A stretch of DNA of 64,000 bases from the sequence record OP870144.1; one strand, 5' to 3'. The DNA is from Escherichia phage vB_Eco_F25. Made by a program: the position numbers and the translations under genes. The notes under the pieces were generated by a model. The model was not told the DNA's origin. It saw only the letters and a program-made list of their open reading frames with translations, and made no database searches. How positions within the stretch are numbered: the first letter of the stretch is position 1; every line of letters starts with the position of its first letter. Positions 11,700-22,164 of the stretch are shown here, piece after piece.

Positions 11700-12830
11700 T
11701 TATGGATAGGTATAGATGATACCAGTTTCTAAAGCAGTTTTATGAATGATGTATCCATTACGCGATTCTTGAACATCAACTTCTGGATAGTCTTTCATCA
11801 TCTTCTGAAGAGTGTAACGATGCAGATAGTATTTACTGTCTGGATCTTCAGTTTTCCAATCTTTACCTTCTTCAGTCATTTTTTGGATTTCATCCATAAC
11901 CCACCAACCGCACCAGATATAAGCTGAGCTACGATGTGGAAGAGGATGAACATAAGGTAATTCACCTTCTGGTTCCGGAGCAACTTTATCAGTTACCTGA
12001 ACTTGACCTTCTGCTGTAATAGTTTTGCTATCATAATCAGTGGCAGTAACAGTTGCAGTAACTTCAATAGTTTGACTTCCAATAGATGATGTATCAACGG
12101 TGTATACATTAGTTGACCCTTCTACAGGAGAAGAATCTTTCTTCCATGAATACGTAATTTGCGCTTCTTCCGGAGCATCAGTAACATTAGCAGTAAATGT
12201 AGCCGAAGCATCTTGCTGAACATTAATAGAAGGAGGAGTCAATGTAACCTGTGGATTCATTGTCTTCTTATTAACTGTCAATGATACTTCATTAGAAGTA
12301 ACTTCTTTTGCATCATAATCTGCCGCGGTTACTTGAGCTACGCATTTAATTCTTTTTACTCCACTTGTAGTTGGAGTGTAATTGAATGTAGCACTAGTTG
12401 CTTCGCCCACAGGAGAACCGTCAACGTACCATTGATATGTAGCAGTTGCGCCCGATGGCTGCGAAGCTAAAGCAGCAGTAAATTCAACAGCTGTTCCAAT
12501 TACTCCTTCTGGAGGACTATTAGGAGTTACAGCTAAAGTAGTTGTCTGTGTCTTATTTTGAACTGTGATAGTTGTAGTAGCTTCTGCTGTTTCAGCATCA
12601 GTATCTGGAACTGGGTTTGTTGCAACTACTTTAATAGTTTTTTGACCGGCAGGTCCTTTTAATACATAACTAAAAGTTGCAGATGTTTCTTCCTGTGGAA
12701 CATCATCTACAGTCCAAGCATATGTAATAGGTCCATCTCCAGTTTGACCACTGGGTGTAGCAGTAAACTGCTGAGTCTGATCTATAACTCCAGTAGGTGT
12801 TTTAGGAGTTATATCAACTGTAAAAGCCAT
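11700..12830 (-). CDS. hoc: highly immunogenic outer capsid protein Hoc (Ig-like domains)
   Basis: 376-aa ORF, Thr/Val-rich repeated Ig-like modules; T4 Hoc length; hairpin terminator downstream. Confidence 0.9.
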   Translation of the reverse strand: MAFTVDITPKTPTGVIDQTQQFTATPSGQTGDGPITYAWTVDDVPQEETSATFSYVLKGPAGQKTIKVVATNPVPDTDAETAEATTTITVQNKTQTTTLAVTPNSPPEGVIGTAVEFTAALASQPSGATATYQWYVDGSPVGEATSATFNYTPTTSGVKRIKCVAQVTAADYDAKEVTSNEVSLTVNKKTMNPQVTLTPPSINVQQDASATFTANVTDAPEEAQITYSWKKDSSPVEGSTNVYTVDTSSIGSQTIEVTATVTATDYDSKTITAEGQVQVTDKVAPEPEGELPYVHPLPHRSSAYIWCGWWVMDEIQKMTEEGKDWKTEDPDSKYYLHRYTLQKMMKDYPEVDVQESRNGYIIHKTALETGIIYTYP

Positions 12831-12839
12831 AAGTTATCC

Positions 12840-13520
12840 TTATTTTAATGTTACGAAAGAAGAGTTGCGTGTTTCACGAATTAAAACTGATCCGTCACGG
12901 TTAATGTAGTAAATTAAGCTAAATAAAGTTTGGTGTGCCGACGCATGCTCAAAACTTGTTGGGTGAGATTTCCAATCAGGAGTTTCAGCAATCCATTGAT
13001 AAATCCACCAAGGAACAGTGCAGAATCCTGGATTTTTTCCAATCAGCTGAAGATTCGGACTAAAGTTTTCCGGAAGAGTAAATACAGACGGCTTTTCAGA
13101 TTCAATAATCTCAGCTACAGCTTGTTCAAATTTTTCTTCAACAAAAGGAGTATCTTCAATCAAAACATCGGTATTTTCGGGAATTTTATCCGTTTCTACT
13201 ACTTCAATTTTAATATCAGATTTAACCGGAGAATCAATCAGAAGTGCTGCTTCTGGATTGACTTCTTCATCGTCATATTTTAATCCCTCTGCAGCATCAG
13301 CAGCATCAATTAAGTCTTTAATAGATAACCCATCAGTTTCTGGCATAGGTTCACTAGCGAGCTTCTGGAGGGCTTCTTCAATATCAGCAACGATATTATC
13401 AAAAGATTTATTCTTTTTGACCTTTATACCAAACTGTTCAGCGTATTCAGCTAATTTAGCTTTAGCTTCTTTATTATCATCAAGAGCCTTCAGCTCTGCA
13501 ATATAATCTTTATCTATCAT
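12840..13520 (-). CDS. inh: inhibitor of prohead protease (Inh / hoc.1)
   Basis: 226-aa acidic ORF immediately upstream of hoc; synteny with T4 inh. Confidence 0.8.
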   Translation of the reverse strand: MIDKDYIAELKALDDNKEAKAKLAEYAEQFGIKVKKNKSFDNIVADIEEALQKLASEPMPETDGLSIKDLIDAADAAEGLKYDDEEVNPEAALLIDSPVKSDIKIEVVETDKIPENTDVLIEDTPFVEEKFEQAVAEIIESEKPSVFTLPENFSPNLQLIGKNPGFCTVPWWIYQWIAETPDWKSHPTSFEHASAHQTLFSLIYYINRDGSVLIRETRNSSFVTLK

Positions 13521-13533
13521 AATATTTCCTCAG

Positions 13534-13541
13534 TATAAATA
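13534..13541 (+). promoter_or_regulatory. late promoter-like TATAAATA upstream of segE
   Basis: Exact motif 29 nt upstream of segE ATG. Confidence 0.5.
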
Positions 13542-13569
13542 TAGATATATTTATTACTCGGAAAATAGT

Positions 13570-14187
13570 ATGTACCACTTTGTATATGAAACAACAAATC
13601 TAATAAATGGTAAAAAGTATATAGGAAAACACTCTACTGATGACTTGAATGATGGTTACCTTGGTTCCGGTAAGGCAATTCAGCAGGCTATAAAGAAATA
13701 TGGTGAAAACAATTTCTCTAGAACAATACTAAAAGAGTTTAAAACTTCCGAAGAAGCGTACATGTATGAAGAAGAAATTATAACTCCTGAAATAATAAAA
13801 AGCAAAAATTATTATAATATGAAACCTGGTGGAATTGGTGGAATTGTTATGACTACAGAGGTTATAGCAAAGATGAAAGAATCTTCCGCTAAGAGATTTG
13901 AAAACTCACCGGGCACGGTATTAGGTACAACTTGTTACACTAATGGAACTAAAAATATTTTTATTAAACCTGGAGAACTTGTTCCAGAAGGATTTGTAAA
14001 AGGGATGGTTCATCCTAATAGAAAGTCCAGAAAAGGATGTAAAGTCAAACCGACTACCACAGGAACTTTTTGGGTCAATAATGGCGTAATAAATAAATTA
14101 ATACAACCAGACGGTATTATTCCCGACGGATTTATTAAAGGTCGTCTCATGAAAAGAGATTCTAAAGGCAAATTTAGTAAGGCATAA
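13570..14187 (+). CDS. segE: free-standing GIY-YIG homing endonuclease (SegE-like)
   Basis: 205-aa ORF with N-terminal GIY-YIG motif (VYETTN...KKYIGK) between inh and uvsW, the T4 segE position. Confidence 0.85.
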   Translation: MYHFVYETTNLINGKKYIGKHSTDDLNDGYLGSGKAIQQAIKKYGENNFSRTILKEFKTSEEAYMYEEEIITPEIIKSKNYYNMKPGGIGGIVMTTEVIAKMKESSAKRFENSPGTVLGTTCYTNGTKNIFIKPGELVPEGFVKGMVHPNRKSRKGCKVKPTTTGTFWVNNGVINKLIQPDGIIPDGFIKGRLMKRDSKGKFSKA

Positions 14188-14189
14188 TT

Positions 14190-15698
14190 ATGGATATTAA
14201 AGTACATTTTCACGACTTCAGTCATGTACGCATCGATTGTGAAGAGAGCACGTTCCACGAATTAAGAGATTTCTTTTCGTTTGAGGCCGATGGATATAGA
14301 TTTAACCCTCGCTTCAGATATGGCAACTGGGATGGAAGAATCCGTCTTTTAGATTATAATCGTCTTCTTCCATTCGGCTTAGTCGGGCAAATTAAAAAGT
14401 TCTGTGATAACTTTGGCTATAAAGCCTGGATTGACCCACAAATTAACGAAAAAGAAGAATTATCAAGAAAAGATTTTGATGAATGGCTTTCTAAATTAGA
14501 AATCTATTCAGGAAATAAAAGAATTGAACCACACTGGTATCAAAAAGATGCAGTGTTCGAAGGATTAGTTAATCGTCGTAGAATTCTTAATCTTCCAACA
14601 TCCGCCGGTAAATCATTAATTCAAGCTTTGCTTGCGCGATATTATTTGGAAAATTATGAAGGTAAAATTCTTATCATTGTTCCAACAACTGCCTTAACAA
14701 CTCAGATGGCTGATGACTTTGTTGACTATCGTTTATTCAGTCATGCAATGATAAAGAAAATTGGTGGCGGAGCATCAAAAGATGATAAATATAAAAATGA
14801 TGCACCAGTCGTTGTTGGTACATGGCAAACTGTAGTAAAACAACCAAAAGAATGGTTCTCACAGTTTGGAATGATGATGAATGATGAATGCCATCTTGCT
14901 ACAGGAAAAAGTATTTCATCTATCATATCAGGTTTAAATAACTGTATGTTTAAATTTGGTTTGTCTGGTTCATTACGTGACGGCAAAGCCAATATCATGC
15001 AGTATGTTGGAATGTTTGGTGAAATATTTAAGCCAGTAACGACCTCTAAATTAATGGAAGATGGACAAGTAACTGAGTTAAAAATTAATAGTATTTTTCT
15101 TCGCTATCCCGATGAGTTCACTACTAAATTAAAGGGAAAAACTTACCAAGAAGAAATAAAAATTATTACTGGGCTCAGTAAAAGAAATAAATGGATCGCT
15201 AAATTAGCTATTAAGCTTGCACAAAAAGATGAAAACGCTTTTGTCATGTTTAAACATGTATCGCATGGTAAAGCTATTTTCGATTTAATTAAAAATGAAT
15301 ACGATAAAGTTTATTACGTATCAGGGGAAGTTGATACCGAAACCCGCAATATAATGAAAACCTTAGCTGAAAATGGTAAAGGAATAATTATAGTAGCTAG
15401 TTATGGTGTATTTTCTACTGGTATTTCAGTTAAAAATCTACATCACGTTGTTTTAGCGCACGGTGTTAAATCAAAAATCATTGTATTACAAACAATCGGT
15501 CGTGTATTACGTAAGCATGGTTCTAAGACAATAGCAACAGTCTGGGATCTTATAGATGACGCGGGCGTTAAGCCAAAATCTGCTAATACGAAAAAGAAAT
15601 ATGTTCATTTGAACTATCTTTTAAAACACGGCATTGATCGTATTCAGCGCTACGCAGATGAAAAATTTAATTACGTAATGAAAACAGTTAATTTATAA
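14190..15698 (+). CDS. uvsW: UvsW DNA/RNA helicase (SF2, DECH box)
   Basis: 502-aa ORF with Walker A-like TSAGKS and DECH motifs; T4 UvsW. Confidence 0.92.
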   Translation: MDIKVHFHDFSHVRIDCEESTFHELRDFFSFEADGYRFNPRFRYGNWDGRIRLLDYNRLLPFGLVGQIKKFCDNFGYKAWIDPQINEKEELSRKDFDEWLSKLEIYSGNKRIEPHWYQKDAVFEGLVNRRRILNLPTSAGKSLIQALLARYYLENYEGKILIIVPTTALTTQMADDFVDYRLFSHAMIKKIGGGASKDDKYKNDAPVVVGTWQTVVKQPKEWFSQFGMMMNDECHLATGKSISSIISGLNNCMFKFGLSGSLRDGKANIMQYVGMFGEIFKPVTTSKLMEDGQVTELKINSIFLRYPDEFTTKLKGKTYQEEIKIITGLSKRNKWIAKLAIKLAQKDENAFVMFKHVSHGKAIFDLIKNEYDKVYYVSGEVDTETRNIMKTLAENGKGIIIVASYGVFSTGISVKNLHHVVLAHGVKSKIIVLQTIGRVLRKHGSKTIATVWDLIDDAGVKPKSANTKKKYVHLNYLLKHGIDRIQRYADEKFNYVMKTVNL

Positions 15699-15710
15699 GG
15701 GCTTCGGCCC
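15699..15710 (+). other. short GC hairpin between uvsW and uvsW.1
   Basis: GGGC-TTCG-GCCC immediately after uvsW stop, followed by TTT and uvsW.1 SD. Confidence 0.5.
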
Positions 15711-15723
15711 TTTGGAGAAAAAG

Positions 15724-15954
15724 ATGTTACTAGGATTTAAACAATTTCTTTATGAAGCTTCTATTGATGAATTTATGGGTAAAATTGCCTCTTGTCAAAC
15801 ATTAGAAGGTTTAGAAGAACTTGAAGCTTATTATAAGAAAAGAGTCAAAGAAACTGAATTAAAAGATACTGATGACATCTCTGTAAGAGATGCTTTGGCA
15901 GGAAAAAGAGCTGAATTAGAAGATTCAGACGATGAAGTAGAAGAAAGCTTTTAA
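15724..15954 (+). CDS. uvsW.1: UvsW.1 small protein
   Basis: 76 aa from ATG 15724 preceded by GGAG (track ORF starts at TTG 15712); separated from uvsW by GC hairpin. Confidence 0.8.
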   Translation: MLLGFKQFLYEASIDEFMGKIASCQTLEGLEELEAYYKKRVKETELKDTDDISVRDALAGKRAELEDSDDEVEESF

Positions 15955-16009
15955 ATTAAAAAAGGCCCAACCAAAAAGGAAGGGCCAAAACTATAGACTA
16001 AAGGTCACA

Positions 16010-16177
16010 CTATAGCAAAAGTTGTGTTTCATTTAATTGTTCTTCCGAACTTTCTGAAACTGGTAGTTCTTTAATGTAATTATAGCAAGGCCCAGGATGT
16101 ACAGGACCTTTGTCTGTTTCAACAACCAATGCAGAATCGATTGGAGTTTTACAGACAACACAAATCTTATCTGACAT
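16010..16177 (-). CDS. uvsY.-2: hypothetical small Cys-rich protein (T4 uvsY.-2 position)
   Basis: 55-aa ORF found manually (below track threshold), ATG 16175-16177 with GAGGAG SD; CxxC...C pattern. Confidence 0.6.
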   Translation of the reverse strand: MSDKICVVCKTPIDSALVVETDKGPVHPGPCYNYIKELPVSESSEEQLNETQLLL

Positions 16178-16205
16178 GATTGTCTCCTCTGAATTATATA
16201 TCTAT

Positions 16206-16430
16206 TTATACAACTCTCATATGCATATCAATGCCCATATCTTTAGAATAAAAATATTCATCAAGATATCCGGCAAATTTTCCTTTAATATAAAGGACAT
16301 CTTCACCACACGGGTGGTCGGCCAGGATACGAATATCCTGACGCTTAAGATTATGCTTTTTCATTAAGAATTGAATTTCCGTTTCAAATTCTTCTTCATA
16401 ATTAAAAGCATCATCAATGCTATATCTCAT
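16206..16430 (-). CDS. uvsY.-1: hypothetical protein (T4 uvsY.-1 position)
   Basis: 74-aa ORF, start overlaps uvsY stop. Confidence 0.65.
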   Translation of the reverse strand: MRYSIDDAFNYEEEFETEIQFLMKKHNLKRQDIRILADHPCGEDVLYIKGKFAGYLDEYFYSKDMGIDMHMRVV

Positions 16431-16843
16431 TATTTTCCAGCCTCAAATGCTCGCATGTCTTGAATATGCTTAATAGCAAATCCACGTGATTTAATAGCAT
16501 CAAGAGCTCCGCTACAGAAATCCAATAAAATCCCCCAATATTGTAACGAGGTATCAACCTTTAAAACATCCTTATCAGCTGATAGAACTGTTTTCATTTC
16601 TGATTTCTCGTAACGATCCATACTAAATTCATCACCATCTCCTCGTCCCGAGTAGTAGTCTAATCTAGCTTTAAGAGCAACTTTTTTCTGTGCGTCAATT
16701 CTAAGCATTTCCTTTTTAATACTTGAATGCTTATTAAGCCATTTACTATATAACATCACATTATTAGCTGCTTCATACTGTAATTTAGTCGAATCTATAA
16801 ACACATCTTTCTTCAATTCTTCTTGAAGATCTTCTAATCTCAT
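16430..16843 (-). CDS. uvsY: recombination mediator protein UvsY
   Basis: 137-aa ORF, T4 UvsY length and recognisable sequence. Confidence 0.92.
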   Translation of the reverse strand: MRLEDLQEELKKDVFIDSTKLQYEAANNVMLYSKWLNKHSSIKKEMLRIDAQKKVALKARLDYYSGRGDGDEFSMDRYEKSEMKTVLSADKDVLKVDTSLQYWGILLDFCSGALDAIKSRGFAIKHIQDMRAFEAGK

Positions 16844-16909
16844 ATTGTTCTCTATTCAATTGTTATTGGATGGACTTAGATTCATTATACCACGTTTTAA
16901 CGTGAAGCA

Positions 16910-17308
16910 TTATACCCTATTACTGGAAGCCAGTTGCAGTTTTATCTGCTCAATATCATCAGGATTATCGATGACCGAAAAGCGTATTTCTACTATCAGA
17001 GTATAATCATCATAAACCGGTATTACATTAACTGCTAATTTATCAATACGTGGCTCATAGTTTCTTACTGCGCTTTCGATATTACGCTCAACCGTGTCAG
17101 CAGTAAGAGGAGTCATATTCTCAAAAAGCTGGTCAGATAAATCACATCCAAATTCCGGGTCAAACGGTCTCGACCCTTTTCTGGTTGTAATAATTCCCAA
17201 AAGGCTATTTTTAATTGACCTTAATCCAAGGGATCTGGAAACATCTTTGTTCCAATCCATTTTCATTTCCGGGTCAATATCAGAATAAAGCTTATTAATA
17301 TTTGCCAT
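16910..17308 (-). CDS. 25: baseplate wedge protein gp25
   Basis: 132-aa ORF; T4 gp25 length and position. Confidence 0.92.
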   Translation of the reverse strand: MANINKLYSDIDPEMKMDWNKDVSRSLGLRSIKNSLLGIITTRKGSRPFDPEFGCDLSDQLFENMTPLTADTVERNIESAVRNYEPRIDKLAVNVIPVYDDYTLIVEIRFSVIDNPDDIEQIKLQLASSNRV

Positions 17309-17934
17309 TATAGTAACTCAAAGAACTCTTTGAGGCCTCTTATTACGTGAGCATGGGTTTTTCCACACTCTGGACATTTAATTGGAACAGCCAAATAAAC
17401 GGTAGGCTTTAAAAGCATATCTTTTATAGCTACAATATCTGACTCTGTGATGATAGAATATAAATCTTCCAGTTCTTTTTCATTTAAGTCTTCAACTGGA
17501 ATGCTTTCCCCGTTAGCGTGAATCGTTTCTATGCATGATACTATCATATGGGCTATATTTTTATCATCAAAAATTTTAGGGTATCGGAATTTAATTTTAA
17601 TGTCACCCAGTGTATACCAGAGGTCTTCTGATGCATCTATTTGTGTATGTAATAGATTTATATGGGTTGGTATTTCAGTTCCACAGGTGCACTTCCAGGA
17701 GTTTTCGTGATTAACTTCGCCGAGAGAATGTGCCCATAAATGAATCAGCAGTAGTTCTGATTCTTGGCGGTTTAAATCTTTTGCATTTGTGCAGTCTTTG
17801 ATTAGCTTTTTAACAATTACTTCTACGGAACCATTATTTTTGGCAGTAATAAGTTCTAGATATTCTTTAAGCGTGAATGCGCGACAATTGATTATTTTAG
17901 AACCAACTCTCACATCAAATTTGTATTCATACAT
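17308..17934 (-). CDS. 26: baseplate hub protein gp26
   Basis: 208-aa ORF upstream of gene 25 with overlapping stop/start; T4 gp26 length. Confidence 0.88.
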   Translation of the reverse strand: MYEYKFDVRVGSKIINCRAFTLKEYLELITAKNNGSVEVIVKKLIKDCTNAKDLNRQESELLLIHLWAHSLGEVNHENSWKCTCGTEIPTHINLLHTQIDASEDLWYTLGDIKIKFRYPKIFDDKNIAHMIVSCIETIHANGESIPVEDLNEKELEDLYSIITESDIVAIKDMLLKPTVYLAVPIKCPECGKTHAHVIRGLKEFFELL

Positions 17935-17955
17935 ATTTAGCTCCTTTATTTATCA

Positions 17956-17963
17956 TATTTATA
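17956..17963 (-). promoter_or_regulatory. late promoter TATAAATA for gene 26 (overlaps gene 51 promoter on opposite strand)
   Basis: Plus-strand TATTTATA = minus-strand TATAAATA, 22 nt upstream of gene 26 ATG. Confidence 0.6.
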
Positions 17964-17967
17964 AATA
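17960..17967 (+). promoter_or_regulatory. late promoter TATAAATA for gene 51
   Basis: Exact motif 18 nt upstream of gene 51 ATG. Confidence 0.65.
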
Positions 17968-17984
17968 GAATAAAAGGAGCATCT

Positions 17985-18734
17985 ATGGCAAACATTATTC
18001 GTTGTAAATTACCAGATGGTGTTCATCGTTTTAAACCATTTACGGTAGAAGATTATCGAGATTTTTTGTTAGTTCGAAACGATATAGAACATCGGTCACC
18101 ACAAGAACAAAAAGAAGTAATTACTGATTTAATTGATGATTATTTTGGAGACTATCCGAAGACTTGGCAACCATTTATATTTTTACAGGTATTTGTAGGG
18201 TCAATAGGTAAAACTAAAGTACCGGTCACATTTGTATGTCCAAAATGTAAAAAAGAAAAGACAGTTCCATTTGAAATATATCAAAAAGAATTAAAGGAAC
18301 CTGTTTTTGATGTAGCTAATGTTAAAATTAAATTAAAGTTTCCTTCTGAGTTTTATGAAAATAAAGCAAAGATGATTACTGAAAATATTCATTCAGTCCA
18401 AGTAGATGAAATTTGGTATGATTGGAAGGAAATTAGTGAATCAAGTCAAATAGAACTTGTTGATGCCATCGAGATAGAAACATTAGAAAAAATTCTCGAT
18501 GCAATGAATCCTATTAATTTAACTCTACATATGTCATGCTGTAATAAGTATGTAAAAAAATACACTGATATAGTAGACGTATTTAAGCTATTAGTTAATC
18601 CAGATGAGATATTTACTTTTTATCAAATTAATCACACACTCGTAAAAAGTAATTATAGCTTAAATTCAATAATGAAAATGATTCCTGCTGAACGTGGATT
18701 CGTATTAAAACTGATTGAGAAGGATAAACAATAA
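17985..18734 (+). CDS. 51: baseplate hub assembly protein gp51
   Basis: 249-aa ORF divergent from gene 26; T4 gp51 length. Confidence 0.88.
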   Translation: MANIIRCKLPDGVHRFKPFTVEDYRDFLLVRNDIEHRSPQEQKEVITDLIDDYFGDYPKTWQPFIFLQVFVGSIGKTKVPVTFVCPKCKKEKTVPFEIYQKELKEPVFDVANVKIKLKFPSEFYENKAKMITENIHSVQVDEIWYDWKEISESSQIELVDAIEIETLEKILDAMNPINLTLHMSCCNKYVKKYTDIVDVFKLLVNPDEIFTFYQINHTLVKSNYSLNSIMKMIPAERGFVLKLIEKDKQ

Positions 18735-19906
18735 TGAGTATGTTGCAACGCCCCGGATATCCAAATCTCAGCGTTAAATTATTTGATAGCTACGACGCTT
18801 GGAGTAATAATAGATTTGTTGAATTAGCTGCTACTATTACTACATTAACTATGCGGGATTCTCTTTATGGCCGAAATGAAGGAATGCTACAGTTTTATGA
18901 TTCTAAAAACATCCATACAAAAATGGATGGAAATGAAATAATTCAGATTTCTGTAGCTAATGCAAATGATATTAATAATGTTAAAACACGAATTTATGGA
19001 TGTAAGCATTTTTCCGTGTCAGTAGATTCAAAAGGTGATAACATCATTGCTATTGAATTGGGAACTATTCATTCTATAGAAAATCTTAAATTTGGTAGAC
19101 CATTTTTCCCTGATGCAGGTGAATCTATAAAAGAAATGCTTGGCGTCATTTATCAGGATCGCACATTATTAACTCCAGCAATAAATGCTATAAATGCTTA
19201 TGTTCCTGATATTCCATGGACTAGCACATTTGAAAACTATTTGTCATATGTAAGAGAAGTTGCTCTAGCTGTAGGAAGCGACAAATTTGTATTTGTGTGG
19301 CAAGACATCATGGGAGTTAACATGATGGACTATGATATGATGATAAATCAAGAACCATATCCAATGATTGTCGGTGAGCCGTCTTTAATAGGTCAATTCA
19401 TCCAAGAATTAAAATATCCATTAGCATATGATTTCGTTTGGTTGACTAAATCGAATCCTCACAAACGCGACCCAATGAAAAATGCTACTATTTATGCTCA
19501 TTCATTTTTAGATTCTTCATTGCCAATGATTACTACAGGAAAGGGCGAAAACTCTATTGTAGTGTCAAGGTCAGGTGCTTATTCTGAAATGACTTATAGG
19601 AATGGCTATGAAGAAGCTATTCGTCTTCAAACTATGGCACAATATGACGGCTATGCTAAATGTTCTACTGTCGGTAATTTTAACTTGACTCCTGGCGTTA
19701 AAATTATTTTTAATGATAGTAAAAACCAATTTAAAACAGAATTTTACGTTGATGAAGTTATCCATGAATTATCCAATAATAATTCAGTAACTCATCTATA
19801 TATGTTCACTAATGCAACGAAACTGGAAACAATAGACCCAGTTAAGGTTAAAAATGAATTTAAATCTGATACTACCACTGAAGAAAGTAGTTCTTCCAAT
19901 AAGTAA
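18734..19906 (+). CDS. 27: baseplate hub protein gp27
   Basis: 390-aa ORF; T4 gp27 length and position. Confidence 0.9.
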   Translation: MSMLQRPGYPNLSVKLFDSYDAWSNNRFVELAATITTLTMRDSLYGRNEGMLQFYDSKNIHTKMDGNEIIQISVANANDINNVKTRIYGCKHFSVSVDSKGDNIIAIELGTIHSIENLKFGRPFFPDAGESIKEMLGVIYQDRTLLTPAINAINAYVPDIPWTSTFENYLSYVREVALAVGSDKFVFVWQDIMGVNMMDYDMMINQEPYPMIVGEPSLIGQFIQELKYPLAYDFVWLTKSNPHKRDPMKNATIYAHSFLDSSLPMITTGKGENSIVVSRSGAYSEMTYRNGYEEAIRLQTMAQYDGYAKCSTVGNFNLTPGVKIIFNDSKNQFKTEFYVDEVIHELSNNNSVTHLYMFTNATKLETIDPVKVKNEFKSDTTTEESSSSNK

Positions 19907-20387
19907 TAAAGAAGTTTCTATTCCTAAAATGGGTCTTAAACATTATAACATTTTAAAAGATGTTAAAGGTCCTGATGAAAATTTAAAACTTCTTATTGAT
20001 TCTATTTGTCCGAATTTATCACCGGCAGAAGTTGATTTCGTTTCTATTCATTTATTGGAATTTAATGGAAAGATTAAATCTCGTAAAGAAATAGATGGTT
20101 ATACTTATGACATTAATGATGTTTATGTGTGCCAAAGATTAGAATTTCAATACCAAGGAAATACATTTTATTTTAGACCTCCTGGAAAATTTGAACAATT
20201 TTTAACGGTGAGCGATATGTTATCTAAATGCTTGCTTAAGGTCAATGATGAAGTTAAAGAAATTAATTTTCTTGAGATGCCAGCATTCGTTTTAAAATGG
20301 GCAAATGATATTTTTACAACTTTAGCAATTCCTGGCCCTAATGGTCCAATAACTGGAATTGGCAATATTATTGGATTATTTGAATGA
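19854..20387 (+). CDS. 28: baseplate hub distal subunit gp28
   Basis: 177-aa ORF overlapping gene 27 end by about 50 nt; T4 gp28 length. Confidence 0.85.
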   Translation: MNLNLILPLKKVVLPISNKEVSIPKMGLKHYNILKDVKGPDENLKLLIDSICPNLSPAEVDFVSIHLLEFNGKIKSRKEIDGYTYDINDVYVCQRLEFQYQGNTFYFRPPGKFEQFLTVSDMLSKCLLKVNDEVKEINFLEMPAFVLKWANDIFTTLAIPGPNGPITGIGNIIGLFE

Positions 20388-22156
20388 AAAAGCCACAAGA
20401 AATGCAAACGATGCGTAGAAAAGTTATTTCAGATAATAAACCAACACAGGAAGCGGCTAAATCCGCTTCCAACACTTTATCTGGACTTAATGATATATCT
20501 ACGAAATTGGATGATGCTCAAGCTGCTTCTGAATTAATAGCTCAAACTGTCGAAGAAAAATCGAATGAAATAGTTGGAGCAATTGGTAACGTAGAAAGCG
20601 CAGTGAGTGATACTACTGCCGGTTCTGAGTTAATTGCTGAAACTGTTGAAATTGGCAACAATATTAATAAAGAAATCGGTGAATCACTCGGGAGCAAATT
20701 AGATAAATTAACAAGTTTACTAGAGCAAAAAATTCAGACAGCTGGAATTCAACAGACTGGGACTAGTTTAGCCACAGTTGAAAGCGCTATTCCTGTTAAA
20801 GTCGTTGAGGATGATACTGCTGAATCTGTGGGTCCTTTATTACCGGCTCCCGAAGCAGTTAATAATGATCCTGACGCTGATTTTTTCCCTACCCCTCAAC
20901 CAGTTGAGCCAAAGCAAGAATCACCAGAAGAAAAACAGAAAAAAGAAGCATTTAACTTAAAATTATCTCAAGCTTTAGATAAATTAACAAAGACTGTTGA
21001 TTTTGGATTTAAGAAATCCATTTCAATTAGTGATAAAATATCAAGCATGTTATTTAAGTATACTGTCAGTGCTGCTATTGAAGCCGCTAAAATGACTGCA
21101 ATGATATTGGCTGTTGTTGTTGGAATAGACCTGTTGATGGTTCATTTTAAATACTGGTCAGATAAATTTTCAAAAGCCTGGGATTTATATAGTACTGATT
21201 TTACTAAATTCTCTAGCGAAACCGGAACATGGGGTCCTTTATTACAGAGCATCTTTGATTCTATTGATAAAATTAAACAACTTTGGGAAGCGGGAGATTG
21301 GGGTGGTTTGACTGTAGCTATCATAGAAGGACTTGGAAGTGTTCTTTTTAATTTAGGAGAGCTTATTCAATTAGGTATGGCTAAATTATCTGCAGCAATT
21401 CTTCGAGTCATTCCTGGTATGAAGGATACTGCTGATGAAGTAGAAGGAAGAGCATTGGAAAATTTCCAAAATTCTACTGGAGCATCTCTCAATAAAGAAG
21501 ACCAAGAAAAAGTTGCAAATTATCAAGATAAACGAATGAACGGAGACCTTGGTCCAATAGCAAAAGGATTAGATAAAATTGCTAATTGGAAAACTCGTGC
21601 ATCTAATTGGATTCGTGGGGTTGATAATAAAGAAGCACTAACTACCGACGAAGAACGCGCAGCAGAAGAAGAAAAATTAAAGCAACTTTCACCTGAAGAA
21701 AGAAAAAATGCTTTAATGAAGGCTAATGAAGCCCGTGCCGCAATGATTCGCTTTGAAAAATATGCTGATTCAGCTGATATGAGTAAAGACTCAACGGTTA
21801 AATCTGTTGAATCTGCCTATGAAGACCTTAAAAAACGGATGGATGACCCGGATTTAAACAATTCACCGGCAGTTAAAAAAGAACTTGCTGCTAGATTTTC
21901 TAAAATTGATGCTACTTATCAAGAGCTCAAGAAAAATCAGCCTAATGCCAAACCTGAAACTTCTGCTAAATCGCCAGAAGCAAAACAAGTCCAGGTAATA
22001 GAAAAGAACAAAGCACAGCAAGCTCCTGTTCAACAAGCATCTCCTTCGATCAATAATACTAATAACGTTGTTAAGAAAAATACTGTCGTTCATAATATGA
22101 CACCCGTAACGAGCACGACTGCTCCTGGTGTATTTGATGCGACTGGAGTTAATTAA
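20384..22156 (+). CDS. 29: baseplate hub / tail length determining protein gp29
   Basis: 590-aa ORF, ATGA overlap with gene 28; T4 gp29 length. Confidence 0.9.
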   Translation: MKKPQEMQTMRRKVISDNKPTQEAAKSASNTLSGLNDISTKLDDAQAASELIAQTVEEKSNEIVGAIGNVESAVSDTTAGSELIAETVEIGNNINKEIGESLGSKLDKLTSLLEQKIQTAGIQQTGTSLATVESAIPVKVVEDDTAESVGPLLPAPEAVNNDPDADFFPTPQPVEPKQESPEEKQKKEAFNLKLSQALDKLTKTVDFGFKKSISISDKISSMLFKYTVSAAIEAAKMTAMILAVVVGIDLLMVHFKYWSDKFSKAWDLYSTDFTKFSSETGTWGPLLQSIFDSIDKIKQLWEAGDWGGLTVAIIEGLGSVLFNLGELIQLGMAKLSAAILRVIPGMKDTADEVEGRALENFQNSTGASLNKEDQEKVANYQDKRMNGDLGPIAKGLDKIANWKTRASNWIRGVDNKEALTTDEERAAEEEKLKQLSPEERKNALMKANEARAAMIRFEKYADSADMSKDSTVKSVESAYEDLKKRMDDPDLNNSPAVKKELAARFSKIDATYQELKKNQPNAKPETSAKSPEAKQVQVIEKNKAQQAPVQQASPSINNTNNVVKKNTVVHNMTPVTSTTAPGVFDATGVN

Positions 22157-22164
22157 GGAATAAT

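Noticed and set aside
12930-13506. Plus-strand ORFs of 117 and 82 aa inside inh
   Set aside because: Antisense to a syntenic gene, no SD, low-complexity translations; shadow ORFs of the acidic inh frame.
15961-15990. Possible terminator hairpin after uvsW.1 (GGCCC...GGGCC)
   Set aside because: The loop would be 13 nt with a short stem and no U-tract; not convincing.
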